Positions 27,474 to 37,527 are shown, numbered from the stretch's first letter. The stretch: DNA of 64,000 nt from Candidatus Aenigmatarchaeota archaeon (GCA_038999725.1 JAWBWS010000002.1:64001-128000), one strand, 5' to 3'. Notes: a model not told the origin generated them from the sequence alone. Numbers and translations are program-made.

Positions 27474-28469
27474 ATGAAAAAATTGGAAAAAATTGTGATA
27501 ATTGTTAGCATAGTGTGGATAGTATGGTATTTTTACTGTTGGTCCAAACCAACAAAACACATAAATCCTATAACCTATAAGGGGTTTGGATGGTATGGAT
27601 ATGTCGCTGAAGATGAAATAAATGAAGAGGTTTTGCGGGAAATAAAAGAAGTAGGAGGCAACGCCATTAACATTAACGTATATTATGAGTATGATTTAGA
27701 AAACGAGAGTTTTATTCTTCTTTCAAATCTAACAAAAATTAAGGAAAAAATAGAACTAGCACACAAGAATAACCTAGTAGTTTTTTTGTCACCATTTGTT
27801 AATCTTGTTGGAGGAGATTATACAGCCGGTAAAATCTCTAAACCTGAAAAGTTCTTAGAAGGAGCGAGAAATGTATCAATTGAACTAGCAGAATTTTGTG
27901 AAAAAAATAAAATTGAAATATACGCGGTTTGGAATGAATTAGGGCTTGCTATTCACAAGTTACCAAATTCTACAGAATTAACAAACGAGTGGTTGCAAAA
28001 TATTAGAAAAGAAGTCAAAAACGTTTATAGAGGCGTTCTTACAACTAAAGAAGGTGTTCAATTAGATTTGTATGAAAAATATGACTTTTCAGGCTATGAT
28101 TGTATTGGTCTTACCTTCTACCCATTCACAACATCTTTTGCCACTGATCCTTACACGAACATAACCTATGCTGGCGTTGAAAGTTTAGAAGAATATGAAA
28201 TAGTGGTGAAAGAAAAAATTGAAAAGATAATGGAACTAAAAGTAAAATACCGTATACCATGTGTAATTCTGGGAGAAATTGGTATTGATGTTGTTGGGGG
28301 GAAGTTCATAGATAGAGATCCTGTGAGCAAAAATATAAGGGCTATAGCTTATAAAACAATTTTGTCTCATGGATTAGAGATAATTGACGGTTTCTTTTTC
28401 AGTAAATTTGAAGAAGAAGGTAAAATAGATAGTGAATTAAAACAAGTCTTTCAAAGGTTCTTTCAATGA
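27474..28469 (+). CDS. membrane-anchored TIM-barrel glycoside hydrolase-like protein (GH113-like)
   Basis: N-terminal TM; WNEL and ILGEIG Glu motifs. Confidence 0.65.
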   Translation: MKKLEKIVIIVSIVWIVWYFYCWSKPTKHINPITYKGFGWYGYVAEDEINEEVLREIKEVGGNAININVYYEYDLENESFILLSNLTKIKEKIELAHKNNLVVFLSPFVNLVGGDYTAGKISKPEKFLEGARNVSIELAEFCEKNKIEIYAVWNELGLAIHKLPNSTELTNEWLQNIRKEVKNVYRGVLTTKEGVQLDLYEKYDFSGYDCIGLTFYPFTTSFATDPYTNITYAGVESLEEYEIVVKEKIEKIMELKVKYRIPCVILGEIGIDVVGGKFIDRDPVSKNIRAIAYKTILSHGLEIIDGFFFSKFEEEGKIDSELKQVFQRFFQ

Positions 28470-28474
28470 CATAA

Positions 28475-30190
28475 TCATTGTATTTCTATAAAACTAAGGA
28501 ATAAAAGCAAAAATAGAATGGTTAAAATAAAAACAAACTCATCTTTCATCAATATTTTTCTAACATGTTTGTTCTGAAATATCTCTTTACCCCATAGGAG
28601 AAATGTTACCAGAGTTACAGGAATCATAGAAAGGAATGGAACTCTTAGTGCTATCTTGAGGTAATTTGAAGACAACAAATCAATTTTATAAAACTTAAGG
28701 TACTGATCTGCTGTTCCAAATTGTGGTGACCAGTGTCTTATGTCAACTTCAACTTTACCGGAAATTATCTCTTCAAAAATTCTGCTTCTTGGACCATTTT
28801 TGAAAAATAAGGGTATATAATGCTCTTTTAAGGGGTTTTTGAGTATTTCAAATGAATTCAGCTGGCTGATGATTGGTGGTGTTGGCAAGTTGGGTAAGAA
28901 AGGTGCAAGTGTTTGTAGCCCTAGAAAGTTAGTAAAAATTGAGAGGCATGCGAAGAAGAGCAGATATTTTATCAGATTTTTTTTGAATATGAAGGCTAGA
29001 GGCAAACTTAAGAATGGAGCCAGGGGTGCAAGATACCTAGGTCCAAAACAAAGACCACCTGACCATGAGAAGTATAAAGAATTAGCTATAACAAAAACTA
29101 AAAAAATAGATATTATTAAGATGGCTTCTGCTTTGAATTTTTTCTTCATGAAATAGAGGCCTAAAAGGGAGAAAAGTAAAATTGGATAATGGAAGAAAAG
29201 TCCTCTTGCGGGATAGAATAATAGTCTCATGAAGATTACATGGATGTTGTAGTCTAAACCAGCAAAATATCTATTAAAAGGAATTAGTTCTCCATAGCCA
29301 ATGGAGCTCAGCTTAAAAAGGAACAATCTGAAAATGGTACTAGAGTAATATGAAAAAGTGTTAAAGACGTTTGAAAAAACAAAATGGTTGTAAATTAACA
29401 AAGGTAAAATGCCAAGCAATATTCCAAAAATAAAGCTAAGCTTGTTCTCCTTTTTCTTAAAACTATAGAAACAATAAGCTGATAATAAAGGTACTGTTAA
29501 GATAACAAACGGATTCGTGACAACAGAATATCCAAGGAATATCCCTGAAGAAAAATTCGTATGAAAGATTTTTCTTTCTTCTCTTTGCTTGTTTATAAAC
29601 AAAATGTAAAATGCAAGGAATGTGAGAAATGTGGATACAGCCTCGCTCTGGAATGTTAGTGAATAGGGAAAAATAGAGGTTCCTAAACCATAAACTATTG
29701 TTAAGAAAAGTCTAGTAGCATTATTTTTAATGAAAAATTCTGAAATTTTGTAAACAAGTACAACGCTTAAAGCTGAGAACAAGGAAGAAGTAAGGGTTGT
29801 GAGAAGTATCATTGAAGTTAATATGAAAAAACCAGGAGAAATAATCCTCAGAGCCAAGAACGGCTTTTCGACCAAATAATCTGAAGATCCTTTATGTACT
29901 TCTTTGAACCACTTGGGAAAAAAGTTGAAATAAACATCTTTCCATAGCTTGTAGATGAAGGAAGATAGGAAAGGTAATCCCGGTGTATCTTGGGAATAAA
30001 CGTGCCCAGCATGGTATACTCTATCACCTGTCTGATTTTGGAAACTATCGATTTCGAACCTGTTTTCTTCCACAATCGCACGAACCAAAGCAAAAAAGGA
30101 TTCTTCATTCCATGTCGACCAGTAAATGAAGAAAGAATAAATAAAGAAAAAAGTGAGGAAGATTCTCACCTCATAGTATCCTTTGGGCAT
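28475..30190 (-). CDS. multi-TM GT-C-type glycosyltransferase-like protein
   Basis: About 12 TM segments; GLFFHYP, W.GG..FGPRYL motif. Confidence 0.7.
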   Translation of the reverse strand: MPKGYYEVRIFLTFFFIYSFFIYWSTWNEESFFALVRAIVEENRFEIDSFQNQTGDRVYHAGHVYSQDTPGLPFLSSFIYKLWKDVYFNFFPKWFKEVHKGSSDYLVEKPFLALRIISPGFFILTSMILLTTLTSSLFSALSVVLVYKISEFFIKNNATRLFLTIVYGLGTSIFPYSLTFQSEAVSTFLTFLAFYILFINKQREERKIFHTNFSSGIFLGYSVVTNPFVILTVPLLSAYCFYSFKKKENKLSFIFGILLGILPLLIYNHFVFSNVFNTFSYYSSTIFRLFLFKLSSIGYGELIPFNRYFAGLDYNIHVIFMRLLFYPARGLFFHYPILLFSLLGLYFMKKKFKAEAILIISIFLVFVIANSLYFSWSGGLCFGPRYLAPLAPFLSLPLAFIFKKNLIKYLLFFACLSIFTNFLGLQTLAPFLPNLPTPPIISQLNSFEILKNPLKEHYIPLFFKNGPRSRIFEEIISGKVEVDIRHWSPQFGTADQYLKFYKIDLLSSNYLKIALRVPFLSMIPVTLVTFLLWGKEIFQNKHVRKILMKDEFVFILTILFLLLFLSFIEIQ

Positions 30191-30221
30191 AAATTTATTT
30201 ATATTATCCCTATTATAAAAT

Positions 30222-31592
30222 ATGAAAATTGGAACTCAAACTGATTATTTACTTCTATCTAGAACTCTGAAAAAAGATGAGAAAATCCTTGATTCTACTC
30301 TCAGTGTATGTTCTTCTTGTTTCAAAATCATTCCAGCTTTGATAGTTGAAAATGATAAAAAAGTGTTTCTTAAAAAAGAGTGTTGTGAAAAAGAAAATGT
30401 ACTATTAGAAAATGATGTGGAATACTACAAAAAAGCTGTTTTTCCCTTTGTGATTGAACGGAATTTTTTAACTCTTGGTGAAAACAGATTTAGTGAAAAA
30501 ATACTTCAAAAGTTATATGACGAAGCTAGTTTTATCATGATAAATGTAACTTCCAGATGTAATTTAAACTGCCCTATTTGTTGTGCTGAATTGGCACCAA
30601 ATTATTTCCCGAGACGTGATTATCCCCTGGAAGATATTCTTAAGTTTATTGCCAAACAAAAATCCAAGATGATTCTGATAAGTGGTGGGGAACCAACAGT
30701 AAGAAAAGATTTGCCGAAGATTATAGAGGCGATTGTTAAGAGTGGTAATGTTCCTCTTTTATACACCAACGGTTTAATGCTTACTGATAGAAGATACGTT
30801 AGAAAACTCAAAAGAAGTGGTCTTAGATTGGTTTGCCTATCATTTGATGGATTTGATGATTTTGTATACCAAACATTAAGAGGTAGAAAACTGTTAAAAC
30901 AAAAATTACTTGCACTAAAAAATCTAAAAAAAGAGAAAATGTTGGTTTATCTTCTCTGCGCGGTTGCTAGAGGACTGAATGAGTTTCAAGTGAAACTTAT
31001 AGTAGAATTTGCAAAGCGAAATAGCGATTTTATAAGGGGTGTTCGATTTAGTCCCTTATATCCCAAGGAAGGTGAGAATGAAAGAGCTACTCCATCTGAT
31101 GTGATTAAAACTATAAAGTTCTATTTTCCAATGGTAAGTGAAGAAGATTTTATAGAGAGCAGAAGATTTTTCTACAATCTATATAGAACTACAAGAAAAC
31201 TGTCTAAAAAATTGGGAAAAAATTTCTCCTACCTCCTTCAAGAAAGTATGTATATTTACCTGAAGGTAAAAAACAACAAAATTGAGCCTGTGTTTTCTTC
31301 CACTTATCTTAAAAAAGTGAATAGAGTGTTAGAATCTTTTATTATGGAAAAAAGTAAAATCAGGTCGTTCTTTATTTTACTTAAAATTTTACCTTACCTC
31401 TTAAGCAAAGATTTATTGAGGTTAAGCATGGTTAGCCTTAAGAATTTGTTTGTTATGCCTAGAGCATCAATCTTTACCCCAAAGGATATTTTCATTCTTA
31501 AAGTTGGTGATCTCATATTCACAAAACTTGAAGATACAAGAAGGAAATTTTTTGGTGAAGGTGCCTTGCTTTTCTTAGAACCTTACCAATAG
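30222..31592 (+). CDS. radical SAM protein with tetraether-synthase (Tes/MJ0619)-like N-terminus
   Basis: STLSVCSSC..IPA.I.E...KVFLKKEC; VTSRCNLNCPIC; SGGEPTVR; LSFDG. Confidence 0.8.
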   Translation: MKIGTQTDYLLLSRTLKKDEKILDSTLSVCSSCFKIIPALIVENDKKVFLKKECCEKENVLLENDVEYYKKAVFPFVIERNFLTLGENRFSEKILQKLYDEASFIMINVTSRCNLNCPICCAELAPNYFPRRDYPLEDILKFIAKQKSKMILISGGEPTVRKDLPKIIEAIVKSGNVPLLYTNGLMLTDRRYVRKLKRSGLRLVCLSFDGFDDFVYQTLRGRKLLKQKLLALKNLKKEKMLVYLLCAVARGLNEFQVKLIVEFAKRNSDFIRGVRFSPLYPKEGENERATPSDVIKTIKFYFPMVSEEDFIESRRFFYNLYRTTRKLSKKLGKNFSYLLQESMYIYLKVKNNKIEPVFSSTYLKKVNRVLESFIMEKSKIRSFFILLKILPYLLSKDLLRLSMVSLKNLFVMPRASIFTPKDIFILKVGDLIFTKLEDTRRKFFGEGALLFLEPYQ

Positions 31593-31621
31593 ATTAATTT
31601 AATCTAGTCAATGGGTTAATT

Positions 31622-32962
31622 ATGAAGATTTGCTTAATAGACCCTGGTTTTACCTTTTACCCTTATCAGTCTCTTGGAATACTCTACATAGGATCTTTTC
31701 TTGAAGAAAATGGAAAAGAAGTGTGTTTTCTTAATTTCTCGGGCCAAAAGATTGATGAAGAAAAAATTAGAAAAATTCTCACAGATATAAAACCAGATAT
31801 ACTCGGGATTACCTGTGCATTTGGACAAATAAAGAGAACTCTTCTGATAAGCAAGGTTGCAAAAGAGTTAGGTGCTAAGGTAGTTTGCGGGGGACTTGCT
31901 CCAACTGCGCTTCCTATGTCGTTTATTGAAAATGATTGCATAGATTATGTTGTGGTGGGAGAGGGTGAACATACTATGCTTGAGTTATGTGAAGCAATAG
32001 AAAATAAAAAACCTTTAAAGAAAGTTAAGGGACTTGTGTTTAAAGAGAATGGGAAAAAAATATGGACAGGAAAAAGAGAAGAAGCCGATTTGAATAAACT
32101 TCCCCCACCAGCATGGTATATGGTGAATGAAAAACTTATTAAACGCCTTGAATATGTATATGTAGTTGGAAGTAGAGGTTGTAACTATAGATGTTCTCAT
32201 TGTTTTAATAGATGTTTTGGTTCAAACAGGCTGAGGACGAGGAATCCTAAGAGTATTGTTGATGAAATTGAATATTTGTACCGAAAATATGGTATAAAAA
32301 ATTTCAAATTTGGGGACAATGATTTTACCCTTGATGAGAAGTGGGGCAGAGAAATATGTAGAGAAATTATAAAAAGAAAGATAAAAATAAAGTGGACTTG
32401 CTTTTCTCACATTCGAGACTTAAGTCTAGATCTTTTACGCTTAATGAGAAGGGCTGGTTGTATTCAAATATGTTTTGGTGTAGAGTCTGGATCTGAAAAG
32501 GTCTTAAAAATTCTTAACAGGAGCTTAAACCTAGAGGTAGCAAAAAAATGTATGGGAAACTGTAAGAGAACTGGAATATTGGTCTTGACTTCCTTTATAT
32601 TTGGGATACCTGGTGATGAAGTCAAAGAACTAAAAAAGACTGTAGAAGTAATAAAGGAATTGAAACCAGATATTTGTAGTGTATTCTGGTACACGCCTAT
32701 ACCAGGCACCCCACTTTTTGAAATTGCGAAAAAATGTGGATTGAAGGAGAGAAGATTGGGAGATTGGGATAACCTAAATTTGTTCACCAACTTTAGGCTC
32801 GTGAAAGATAAAAAATACAATCTTCTGGCTACGAAAATTAAAAGAAATTTGAAAATATGTTTTTTACTCAAAGCTAAATTTATTTTCCTACCAAAAATTT
32901 TTGGTATTAGAAGAGCCTTTAGAATAATTATGCGAGAGATTTTCAATAAAATTTTTAGATGA
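31622..32962 (+). CDS. cobalamin-dependent radical SAM protein (class B methyltransferase-like)
   Basis: N-terminal B12-binding domain (LGILYI, GEGE); SRGCNYRCSHC; GVESGS; FIFGIPG. Confidence 0.9.
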   Translation: MKICLIDPGFTFYPYQSLGILYIGSFLEENGKEVCFLNFSGQKIDEEKIRKILTDIKPDILGITCAFGQIKRTLLISKVAKELGAKVVCGGLAPTALPMSFIENDCIDYVVVGEGEHTMLELCEAIENKKPLKKVKGLVFKENGKKIWTGKREEADLNKLPPPAWYMVNEKLIKRLEYVYVVGSRGCNYRCSHCFNRCFGSNRLRTRNPKSIVDEIEYLYRKYGIKNFKFGDNDFTLDEKWGREICREIIKRKIKIKWTCFSHIRDLSLDLLRLMRRAGCIQICFGVESGSEKVLKILNRSLNLEVAKKCMGNCKRTGILVLTSFIFGIPGDEVKELKKTVEVIKELKPDICSVFWYTPIPGTPLFEIAKKCGLKERRLGDWDNLNLFTNFRLVKDKKYNLLATKIKRNLKICFLLKAKFIFLPKIFGIRRAFRIIMREIFNKIFR

Positions 32963-32969
32963 ATTGTTG

Positions 32970-33806
32970 TTATTTCCTTGCAACTATCGTTGCCTTACCA
33001 AATAAGAATTTTGCGATGAATATATTTGGGAGCATGTTTAATAACTTGTAGTAAAGAAGATTTAGTAAGGTGGGTGTGACTACTCTTGTATCTTTACAAA
33101 AAGTAATTTGAATTTCTCTAAAGTTGTTTCTTTTCAATTCTCTTTTCCATCTTCTGACACTATATACCCTAGAGGTTAACACCATTGGACCTCTACCCAT
33201 TCGTTTTCTAATGCGCCAATATAATCTTCCACAAACAGAGCTACTTACGGGCTCTTGAAAACAAAACAAGTAGCCTCCTTTCTTCAAACACCTTGATACT
33301 TCTCTTATCGCTTTAGAGATATCTGTATGATGGATTGAAGAACTATCAACAATTACATCAAAAAAATTGTCAGTGAAGGGTAAATTTTCGATGTCGGCTT
33401 GAATAATAAAATCTGGCTTTTTACCCAAAACTGGAGCAACTTTTACCCCTCTTTCTAAAATATTTCTTGCTTTATCAACTGCAACAACAAACTTGGCTTT
33501 AGTTCTATCTTTAATCATCGCACTAATCCCACATACATCTGCACCAATCTCTAAAACTCTGCCTTTAAACAAATCTTTATGCTTTGATAAAAATTGTAAG
33601 AATAAGCGATATCTTCTTCCTCTGTCCCCAAGAACAAGAGGAAGTTCAATTCTTTCCCATGATTTTGCTACAGTATTTTTAGAAAGCAGGGACAAAACTC
33701 CCTTAATTTTTTTGAATTTCCTCTTACATTTCTTACATATAAATTCCTTTCCTGTGTAGTGTAAATGAAGTTTACAATCTGGACAGAGAATCCATTTTTT
33801 AACCAT
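32970..33806 (-). CDS. class I SAM-dependent methyltransferase with Trm112-like zinc ribbon
   Basis: CPDC..CKKC; VLEIGA; ADIENLPF.D..FD. Confidence 0.85.
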   Translation of the reverse strand: MVKKWILCPDCKLHLHYTGKEFICKKCKRKFKKIKGVLSLLSKNTVAKSWERIELPLVLGDRGRRYRLFLQFLSKHKDLFKGRVLEIGADVCGISAMIKDRTKAKFVVAVDKARNILERGVKVAPVLGKKPDFIIQADIENLPFTDNFFDVIVDSSSIHHTDISKAIREVSRCLKKGGYLFCFQEPVSSSVCGRLYWRIRKRMGRGPMVLTSRVYSVRRWKRELKRNNFREIQITFCKDTRVVTPTLLNLLYYKLLNMLPNIFIAKFLFGKATIVARK

Positions 33807-33813
33807 AATAATA

Positions 33814-34710
33814 TTAAGCCAAGTTGAAAATTAATAGCCATACTAAATAGCATATCCCTTCCTGCATTCCATAAATTTCATTTCGAATTTTTTCGAAATT
33901 TGTTCTCCTTATATTGATGTTTCTAATTTTAACAATCCTTAATAAAGAGAAAAATATAGTCAAAAGAAGGAATGAGTGAGAAAAAAAGTCAGTAAACAAA
34001 AAATAAACACTAATGAGGGCTAAAAACACTTGTATTGCCTGGAAAAGTTTCAAGGAATTCTTAATACCATAAATGTTGGGGAAGGATTGTATTTTACCTT
34101 TTTTATCTTTTTTTCGATGGGCTATTTGGTGAAGAATTTCGGAAGATAAAATATAGGCAAAAAATATGATGAGGAATAATAAAGCTTGTGTAGTTAGTGT
34201 ATTGGAAAATAAAAAATAAACTGTTAAAAATGGTAAGGTGGAAATAGCAACTGGATTGATTAGGAAGGAAGGGAACCAATGTCTTTTCAATCTTGTTGGG
34301 GGACAAGAATAAGAGTCAAAGAATAAGACAAACAAAAAACTAAAAATTAGGACTGAAGTTGGTAAAAAAAGTGTAAACACTAAAGCTGGAAGGAGGGGGA
34401 GAATTGTTAAAATTAAATATTTTACCTCTGACTCACCTTTTTTGATTTGGTTGGAAATGTAATTGTTTTCATTCATCAATTTAAAATCGAAAAAATCATT
34501 TATAGAAAAAGCGTGAGCAAACAAAAGAGATTCATGAGCTAAAACACTTAGAAGCATACTTATGTTATTTTCATTATTCAACAAAAAAGCAAGTAAAGGT
34601 ATACCCAAGTTTTTTATCCAACTTTTCACTCTGTATACCTTCAAAACTTTTGAAAAAACATTTTCTTTTGACCTAACACTCATTTTATCTATTATAGAAA
34701 TTTGTTTCAT
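33814..34710 (-). CDS. UbiA prenyltransferase family protein
   Basis: RVKSWIKN, INDFFD, YS.PP.RLK, multi-TM. Confidence 0.8.
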   Translation of the reverse strand: MKQISIIDKMSVRSKENVFSKVLKVYRVKSWIKNLGIPLLAFLLNNENNISMLLSVLAHESLLFAHAFSINDFFDFKLMNENNYISNQIKKGESEVKYLILTILPLLPALVFTLFLPTSVLIFSFLFVLFFDSYSCPPTRLKRHWFPSFLINPVAISTLPFLTVYFLFSNTLTTQALLFLIIFFAYILSSEILHQIAHRKKDKKGKIQSFPNIYGIKNSLKLFQAIQVFLALISVYFLFTDFFSHSFLLLTIFFSLLRIVKIRNINIRRTNFEKIRNEIYGMQEGICYLVWLLIFNLA

Positions 34711-34716
34711 AATACT

Positions 34717-35301
34717 TCAAGACAAACTAATGCCCCAAATTGTTTTATTATCAAAATGGACGATACCCACAATCTCATAACTTTTATTCTCTTCTAGTAT
34801 TACATTAACATAAGATTGAGGTATAATCACTTTAAAATCTGTGAAATTCAATGACCAAAATTTATCTTCAGTTTCTTTATATCCAATTAGTTTTTGTTCT
34901 CTTATTCTAATAACTCTGTGTGGAAAATCTATTCTCTGTACCTCAACAGGTTGGATGGGAAAGTTATTAGACAACAGTTTCACATTTGAAACATTAATCA
35001 CTGGTAATTTGTCGTCAAATTTCCAATATTTGCCCCTGAGACTTACCCTATCACCTAAAGAAAGGTGGGGAAAATTGTCTTTAAAGTTAGAACCGTTTAT
35101 TATTCTGATTGCCCACGAACCATCTTCTAAAAAAATGTATTTTCCTATTTTTACTATCGTACCCTCAATTTCTACTTCTCTTGTTTCATTTGATGAAATT
35201 AACATAGAAATCTTAATTCTTTTCTGAAAAGGCTTGAATTGGAAATATAAGAGGAGGAGCATTAAGATGACAACAATACTTGCGATTACTATCTTCTTCA
35301 T
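34717..35301 (-). CDS. membrane-anchored hypothetical protein (OB-fold-like)
   Basis: N-terminal TM; VEIEGTIV...GDRVSLRG. Confidence 0.6.
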   Translation of the reverse strand: MKKIVIASIVVILMLLLLYFQFKPFQKRIKISMLISSNETREVEIEGTIVKIGKYIFLEDGSWAIRIINGSNFKDNFPHLSLGDRVSLRGKYWKFDDKLPVINVSNVKLLSNNFPIQPVEVQRIDFPHRVIRIREQKLIGYKETEDKFWSLNFTDFKVIIPQSYVNVILEENKSYEIVGIVHFDNKTIWGISLS

Positions 35302-35344
35302 CAAATTTTATTTAAAAAATGCATCTATAAATCCTTTCATAACC

Positions 35345-36634
35345 TTAAAACAAAGTGGCTGTAGCACCTGCGTGCCAAGAAACTCTGGGTCGAATATTTA
35401 CAGTGAAAATTTTTTCTAAATTATCATCTAGTACAATTGCAGCTCCAGGCCATCTTGGTAGACGGTTTATGAACTTTTCAATTTCTTCAGCTATATAAGT
35501 TTGCATCACAGCATGCAAAGCTTGTATATCTTCCCTACTTGTCAATCTGAAAGAAATTACGATGTCACACTGGCTCAAAACATCTGGATGAACTTTATTT
35601 GGTTGTTGTGTTATGATGAAAAGGCCTATGCCTGGTTCTCTTCCTTCTTTTGCCAATCTCTTGATAGCATCGCTCGATACTGCCTCACGATCGCAAGGAA
35701 TGAAATTGTGGGCTTCTTCTAAAACGAGCCAAGTTATGGGAAAAGTTATCTCAGGTCTCCCTCCTTCTATTTTAATTCTCTCCTCCTCTTTTCTTGCAAG
35801 CACACGAGAAAAGTAAATTTTTCTAGCAAGTAAAGCAACAAGCAAACTTCTCAATTCAAAAGAGGGCATCCTTGATAAATCAATTATTGTTACCTTACCA
35901 GCTTCAACCAAATCTTCTAATTTAACTCCTTCCTTAGCTATTAGTCCCCAGCCTGCGACAACTTCAAGTAAGCTTAGTAAAGCATTCTTAATTTCAAGCC
36001 TTGTCTCTTTATCCTTTCTTATTTCTTCTATTAGCTCTTCAAAACCAAAGTTCTGAGCTGAAGCTAAGAGCTTGTTGAAGTTTCTTTCCAAAGCTATTGA
36101 AATTTCTTCTGTTCTCTTCAAACCAAAAGCTAAAATTAAATCTTCTGCTGAAAATTCCCTCATAGGGATTAAGATTGTCCCATCAATAGGAATTCCTGCT
36201 TTTTCATACTCTTCTTTTTGCTTCTTTGGAACAAAAACTCTAACAAAATCTTTAAAACCTTTGGGCTCAAGTTGCCATTCTTTAAGCAGGGAAGCTTGCT
36301 GCTCATTTGGAAATTTCATACTCCAGTATATTCCCATTGGATCAACAACAACAAAAGCAAGCTTTTGTTTGAATTCTTCTTCAAGTTGACAAAACTCTTC
36401 AAGGAGGACTGCTGCTGAATAACTCTTTCCACTTCCCCTCTTTCCAGAACACAAAACCACATGAGGCTTAAGCAAGTCAATCAAAACTTTTGTTGTAAGG
36501 TGGATATCTTCACCTGTTCCTACTATATGCTTACCAATATAGCCTGTAGCTTTCAAACCGAATTTTTTATACTCTTCCCTTGTCCTTCCAACAACAGTTT
36601 CTGTGACTATTGGAAAAGCTTCTTCTGTAACCAT
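35345..36634 (-). CDS. HerA/FtsK-like P-loop ATPase (DUF87-like)
   Basis: GKRGSGKS, VDPMG, LEEAHNF, EGREPG, ITQQP. Confidence 0.85.
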   Translation of the reverse strand: MVTEEAFPIVTETVVGRTREEYKKFGLKATGYIGKHIVGTGEDIHLTTKVLIDLLKPHVVLCSGKRGSGKSYSAAVLLEEFCQLEEEFKQKLAFVVVDPMGIYWSMKFPNEQQASLLKEWQLEPKGFKDFVRVFVPKKQKEEYEKAGIPIDGTILIPMREFSAEDLILAFGLKRTEEISIALERNFNKLLASAQNFGFEELIEEIRKDKETRLEIKNALLSLLEVVAGWGLIAKEGVKLEDLVEAGKVTIIDLSRMPSFELRSLLVALLARKIYFSRVLARKEEERIKIEGGRPEITFPITWLVLEEAHNFIPCDREAVSSDAIKRLAKEGREPGIGLFIITQQPNKVHPDVLSQCDIVISFRLTSREDIQALHAVMQTYIAEEIEKFINRLPRWPGAAIVLDDNLEKIFTVNIRPRVSWHAGATATLF

Positions 36635-36669
36635 ATTTAAAAATTAGATTCTACTCAAAATAATATTGG

Positions 36670-36770
36670 GGGAGAGTGGTCTAGCTTGGTCTAAGACTCC
36701 AGCTTCACTCGCTGGAATGGGGACTTGGCCAATTTGCTGGCAATCCCGGGTTCAAATCCCGGCTCTCCCA
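36670..36770 (+). tRNA. tRNA-Pro(GGG) with two introns (32/33: 36705-36717; 37/38: 36723-36734)
   Basis: Acceptor GGGAGAG/CTCTCCC-A, T-arm CCGGG-TTCAAAT-CCCGG; two BHB motifs; spliced arm CCAGC-TTGGGGT-GCTGG. Confidence 0.85.
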
Positions 36771-36839
36771 TTTGTCAAATGAGTGAAGTTATTTTGAAGG
36801 AAAAGTTCAAATATAAATAAAAAAATTAATTTTTGAAGA

Positions 36840-36926
36840 GGGGTTGTAGTATAGCTTGGTCTAGTACTCCGGCTTTGGGTCTTTGAAAAAAAGCCGGAAG
36901 CCTGGGTTCAAATCCCAGCAACCCCA
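36840..36926 (+). tRNA. tRNA-Pro(TGG) with 12-nt intron at 37/38 (36880-36891)
   Basis: GGGGTTG/CAACCCC-A; CCGGC-TTTGGG[TCTTTGAAAAAA]A-GCCGG. Confidence 0.9.
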
Positions 36927-37182
36927 TCTCAATCCCCCATAATAGTCTTACTGTTAAAGATATTCTAAAAGAAGAGTAAGACCCTAATCTGTTTATATAA
37001 CTTACATTCTTCGAAATACTGGGAGGAATGTAAGATACTTTAATAATTACTGCTATAACTAGAATAATAACAAATGGAATAACAAATAATATTACAAATG
37101 CCCTTCCCATGCTTACTTCATGAAGCTTGGAAATACCCTTCAATGAAAGGTAAAAAGAATATATACCGAAAATAATTCCTTT
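36927..37182 (-). pseudogene. Yip1-domain membrane protein remnant
   Basis: KGIIFGIYSFYLSLKGISKLHEVSMGRAFVIL resembles a Yip1 C-terminus; upstream stop and no N-terminal half; frame runs on antisense into the tRNA. Confidence 0.45.
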
Positions 37183-37218
37183 TTAGACTATTTATCATTT
37201 GTTTTTTAATTTTGAATT

Positions 37219-37527
37219 ATGAGGTTGGGGAGAAAGAAGCCAGAATGGCAACGCAAAATAGCTAGAGAGAGAATTCAAATCCTTTTCAATCTTGCAGAAA
37301 AAGAATTGAAAGAACATCCTGAAAGAAGCAGAAGGTATGTTGAATTGGCAAGAAAAATAGGATTAAGATACAACATAAGGTTTCCTAGAGAGCTTAAGAG
37401 AAAATTCTGTAAGAATTGCAACATTTTACTCAAGCCTGGTGTAACTTGTACTGTGAGAATTCAAAACAAAATGATAAGTATAAAATGCAAAAATTGTAAT
37501 AAAATTTATAGAAGAAGAGTGAAATGA
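37219..37527 (+). CDS. rnp4: RNase P protein component 4 (Rpp21)
   Basis: IARERIQILF, RRYVELARKI, FCKNC..CKNC. Confidence 0.95.
   Translation: MRLGRKKPEWQRKIARERIQILFNLAEKELKEHPERSRRYVELARKIGLRYNIRFPRELKRKFCKNCNILLKPGVTCTVRIQNKMISIKCKNCNKIYRRRVK

Noticed and set aside
36699..36715. tRNA-Val(CAC) or tRNA-Sec/Trp(TCA) reading of the first tRNA
   Set aside because: It would need T at position 37 and leaves about 30 unexplained nt before the T-arm. The two-intron Pro(GGG) model gives canonical BHBs and a normal cloverleaf.
36826..37143. 105-aa ORF as an intact gene
   Set aside because: Its 3' part is antisense to tRNA-Pro and its 5' part is only a Yip1-like fragment.
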